A DNA stretch of 64,000 nt from Limnothrix sp. BL-A-16. Its GTDB lineage: Bacteria; Cyanobacteriota; Cyanobacteriia; CACIAM-69d. Below are positions 60,855-64,000 of the stretch, piece after piece (positions within the stretch are counted from its first letter, which is position 1; every line of letters starts with the position of its first letter). Made by a program: the position numbers and the translations under genes. Location of the stretch: NCBI GenBank assembly GCA_041937175.2, contig CP166615.1:160001-224000 (forward strand). The letters are read 5' to 3'. The notes below the pieces were generated by a model. The model searched no databases. It saw only the letters and a list, made by a program, of their open reading frames with translations, and was not told the DNA's origin.

Positions 60855-60894
60855 AATAAAACACAGGGCAGAAGGAGAAACTTTCCGCCCTGTG
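60855..60894 (-). terminator. Terminator after the HEAT-repeat gene
   Basis: CACAGGGC...GCCCTGTG hairpin followed by TTTTATT on the minus strand. Confidence 0.6.
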
Positions 60895-61035
60895 AGTTCA
60901 GTTAGTTCTGGAATGAATCCGGATTTTTGGGAAATTCTTTACAGTTAATTTCCCTATTTTTCAGTCCTCAGTTATTGAGGGGTTTGACCCACGAGGAGCG
61001 ATCGCACTGATGAGCTGGCTTCCGGATCGACAGAC

Positions 61036-62055
61036 CTAGGGCTGTTTGGGGCCGCCGTTGGGAGGCAGTGGTGATTCTTCAACCGGTTGGGCGATCGGGG
61101 CTTGGCTTTTGAAGCGCTCCAACCCTTTGGCAGCCGCCCGCACCACGCTCGGGGCCGCATCATGGAGGGCTTTTTCGAGGCAGCTCACCACTTCAGGGCT
61201 GTGGACGGCGCTGAGGGCCTCGATCGCGGCGGCGCGCACGGTGGGATCGGGGCTGCTGGCGAAGGTCAACAGGTCGTTGATCAGTTTTTGGCCCTCAGTT
61301 CGCTGTCCGATCGCCCGAACTTTGGTGGCGAGTTGGGCCACTTGCTCGATCGGGCTGGGTTGGTTGCTGGGAGCAATTGGGGCGATCGGCTCAGGAGTCG
61401 TGACCGGTTCAGTGACCGGTTCAACAGCTTGTTCGACGGTCGGTTCGGCCACGGGTTCCGGCGTGGGTTCTGGCTCCGCGATCGGTTCGGCCACGGGTTC
61501 CGGCGTGGGTTCCGAGGCGGGTTCCACTGAGGCCGCCGTTGGCTCCGGTTCGGCGATCGGCTCCGGTGTGGGTTCCGGGGTAGGTTCCGGCGTGGGTTCT
61601 GCAACTGGCTCCGCGACGGGTTCCGGGGCAGGCGTTGGCGCGGGCGCACCGGTTCCACCCCAAGGATCCGGGAGTTGGGCCGCCGGTTGACCGGTTGCCG
61701 CCGGACGCGGAGCAGAGCGTGCAGGATCGGGAGCGGGCGGGGCGGCGGTGGAAGCGGCTTGTGCTTTCAGTTGGGCAATTTCCGTTTGCAGGGCTTGCAA
61801 TTCGCGATCGAAATTTTTGCGAGCCGTCTGCTTTTGCACCTCAAAATCTTGCTCCAGGGTTTGCCGTTGCCGATCGAGATATTGCTTTTGCTGGCGCTCC
61901 AGGTCGGCTACCCGCTGCTGCATCAAATACCAGGCGATCGCACCGCCGATCACGACACCCAAAATCAACCCAACAAAGATCATGACTTGGTTCTCGCTGC
62001 CAAACAGTTCGAGACCATTTAACCAAGGATTCTCGTCCGTAGGCTGATTAGCCAA
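61036..62055 (-). CDS. Membrane-anchored protein: TM, coiled coil, Pro/Glu-rich linker, C-terminal HEAT repeats
   Basis: N-terminal TM; (PEPT/PEPV)n linker; [12 protein letters not shown] and [18 protein letters not shown] motifs; start may be the ATG at 61983. Confidence 0.75.
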   Translation of the reverse strand: MANQPTDENPWLNGLELFGSENQVMIFVGLILGVVIGGAIAWYLMQQRVADLERQQKQYLDRQRQTLEQDFEVQKQTARKNFDRELQALQTEIAQLKAQAASTAAPPAPDPARSAPRPAATGQPAAQLPDPWGGTGAPAPTPAPEPVAEPVAEPTPEPTPEPTPEPIAEPEPTAASVEPASEPTPEPVAEPIAEPEPTPEPVAEPTVEQAVEPVTEPVTTPEPIAPIAPSNQPSPIEQVAQLATKVRAIGQRTEGQKLINDLLTFASSPDPTVRAAAIEALSAVHSPEVVSCLEKALHDAAPSVVRAAAKGLERFKSQAPIAQPVEESPLPPNGGPKQP

Positions 62056-62073
62056 TCCCGATCGGGGGAATTA

Positions 62074-62215
62074 GGGCCGGTCGCTCTTTCCTGAAATTCA
62101 GCGAAGATGGTTGATCTGCCCTGCCCAAATGATCGTAACAAAGGGCTTGAGCATCTTGTCCCCTACGATCCGCTTACGGTGGAATCGGGGTTTCAGACGA
62201 TTTGACGACAAGCCC
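62074..62215 (-). mobile_element. MITE family B (142 bp)
   Basis: TA-GGGCCGGTCGCTC...TTTGACGACAAGCCC-TA; variant palindrome CAAAGGGCTTGAGCATCTTG; lies between divergent genes. Confidence 0.75.
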
Positions 62216-62316
62216 TAGACCTGCAAAACAACTCCCCACTGCCCGATCGAGCCAGACTCAATCGGGCCGGGTATGATGGCCTGCTAGTTCGATCGCCCGT
62301 CCATTGCCTGCCACCC

Positions 62317-64000
62317 GTGAATCAGCCGAATCTTCCGCCCCATCTTCAAGGTCTGACCCGCAGCGAAGTGCTGGAGCGCCGGGCCGCCGGCCAGGGTAAT
62401 GATGCCCCCCTGAAAACCAGTCGTTCCTATGCGCAAATTCTCCGGGAAAACATTTTTACCTTTATTAATTTTGTTTTCGTTGCCATTAGTGTTGTTTTCT
62501 TATTTTTAGGCAGCTTTAGTGATGCCATCCTGGTGGCGGCGGTCATTTTAAGCAGCGTGGTGATTAATGCCATTCAAGAAGTGGCGGCCAAGCGCAAACT
62601 CGATGAAATTGCCCTTTTAACCCGGCCCAAGGCCACCGTGGTGCGTGAAGGACGGGAACAGGATATTGACCCGAGCGAAATTGTGGCGGGCGATGTTTTA
62701 GTGTTGCGATCGGGCGATCAAATTCTGGTGGATGGGGAGCTGATGGCTGGGGAAATCGCCGCTGATGAATCGCTCTTAACCGGCGAATCAGATCCCATTG
62801 AAAAGGAAACCGGCAGCCCTGTTTTTTCAGGAACCATCTGTTTAAGCGGCAGTGGCTATTATTTAGCCCAAAAAGTGGGCCGCAACAGCTTGGCCCACCA
62901 ACTGACCGAAAGTGCCCGCACCTTTCGCCAAATGCTCACGCCCTTGCAATCGGAAGTGAATTTGGTGATTCGGATTTTTATGATCATCGCCTGCTTTTTT
63001 TGGGCCCTGGTGGCGATCGGGTTTATTGCCAAAGCCATTTCCTTTAATGAAACGGTGCAGCGATCGGCGGTGATTGCCGGCCTGGTTCCCAGTGGTTTGT
63101 ACTTAACCATCACCCTGTCCTATGCCCTAGCAGCGGTGCGGATGGTGGGCAAGCGGGTGCTAATTCAACAGGCCAACGCCGTGGAATCCCTGAGCAATGT
63201 GGATGTGCTCTGTGTGGACAAGACCGGAACCTTGACAGCGAACCGCATCCAGCTCACGGAACTGTGGCCGATCGCCCCCGGCCAGACCTTGTCCACCCTG
63301 ACCGACCTGGTGGGAACCTATGCCGCTAGCACCCGTTCCGGCAACGCCACCAGCGAGGCGATCGCCCTCGGTTGCCCCGCCCCGGCCCAAGAACCGCTCT
63401 ATGAAATTCCCTTTTCGTCGGCCCGCAAGTGGAGCGCGATCGCCTTTGGATCCGACCCGATCGCCCCACCAGCCGCAGGGATTGTGTCAGGGTATTACGT
63501 CCTCGGTGCGCCGGAAATGGTGAGCGCGGGCCTGGCGGAACCGTTGCCCCCGGAATGGTGCGATCGGGCCCAGACCCTGGCCCGCCAGGGATTCCGGGTG
63601 TTGCTGTTTGCCTTCAGCCCCGCCATTCCGCCCAAGCCCGCCAAACGGGACAGCGCCCCCCTGCCCCAGGATTTGCAACCTATGGGCCTGTTGGTGTTTA
63701 GCGACGAGCTGCGCCCCAGCGTGACGGAAACGCTCCAGGGATTTGCCGAAGCAGGCATTCGGCTGAAGATTATTTCCGGCGACAACCCCGACACCGTGCG
63801 GGCGATCGCGGCCCGGGTGGGCTTGGGCGAAAATCTGTCGGCCGTGTCCGGAGCCGACCTGGCCGCCATGACCGAGGCGGAATTTGCCCAAGCCGCGATC
63901 GAGCATCAAATTTTTGGGCGGATTGTCCCGGAACAAAAAGCCCGCTTAGTCACGGCCCTGCGGCGTGCGGGCAACTATGTGGCCATGATTGGCGATGGCG
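62317..64000 (+). CDS. Cation-translocating P-type ATPase (HAD-IC, CtpE-like), 3' truncated by window edge; absent from the ORF track
   Basis: Frame from the GTG at 62317 gives GLTRSEV, DESLLTGES, DKTGTLT (63217), ISGDNP and MIGDG at the window end. Confidence 0.9.
   Translation, partial: MNQPNLPPHLQGLTRSEVLERRAAGQGNDAPLKTSRSYAQILRENIFTFINFVFVAISVVFLFLGSFSDAILVAAVILSSVVINAIQEVAAKRKLDEIALLTRPKATVVREGREQDIDPSEIVAGDVLVLRSGDQILVDGELMAGEIAADESLLTGESDPIEKETGSPVFSGTICLSGSGYYLAQKVGRNSLAHQLTESARTFRQMLTPLQSEVNLVIRIFMIIACFFWALVAIGFIAKAISFNETVQRSAVIAGLVPSGLYLTITLSYALAAVRMVGKRVLIQQANAVESLSNVDVLCVDKTGTLTANRIQLTELWPIAPGQTLSTLTDLVGTYAASTRSGNATSEAIALGCPAPAQEPLYEIPFSSARKWSAIAFGSDPIAPPAAGIVSGYYVLGAPEMVSAGLAEPLPPEWCDRAQTLARQGFRVLLFAFSPAIPPKPAKRDSAPLPQDLQPMGLLVFSDELRPSVTETLQGFAEAGIRLKIISGDNPDTVRAIAARVGLGENLSAVSGADLAAMTEAEFAQAAIEHQIFGRIVPEQKARLVTALRRAGNYVAMIGDG

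Noticed and set aside
1..64000. Abundant GCGATCGC/CGATCG as a novel repeat
   Set aside because: This is the well-known cyanobacterial HIP1 octamer

Overview
Cyanobacterial chromosomal DNA, judged from the dense HIP1 GCGATCGC/CGATCG octamers, the tmRNA tag ANNIVPFARKTVAVA and typical cyanobacterial gene families. The genus cannot be fixed from the sequence alone. Housekeeping genes dominate: mutL, potABCD, argD, rsmH, yebC, cobN, ssrA, rimP-nusA-ylxR-infB, a pabB/trpE-like gene, csaB, purK, uvrB and gyrA. There are also signalling genes (REC-GAF-PP2C plus an anti-sigma kinase, and a diguanylate cyclase), two tandem PEP-CTERM proteins, an M10/RTX protease, and partial parB and P-type ATPase genes at the edges. 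The main unexplained structure is an intergenic system of non-autonomous miniature elements. Two MITE families (A, about 131 bp, with TAA target duplication; B, about 142 bp, with TA duplication) carry the same central palindrome, CAAGGGGCTTAAGCCCCTTG. Family B inserts into that palindrome, giving nested self-insertions, and a third TA-duplicating MITE carrying a GTAG-type REP is nested in a family A copy. Other oddities: a near-perfect palindrome inside the parB coding sequence, a 5-formyl-THF cyclo-ligase/MoaD fusion, a PBP2 paralog without catalytic motifs, a P-type ATPase with PSGL in place of PEGL, and an apparent frameshift in infB. No CRISPR array, tRNA, rRNA or transposase gene was seen.
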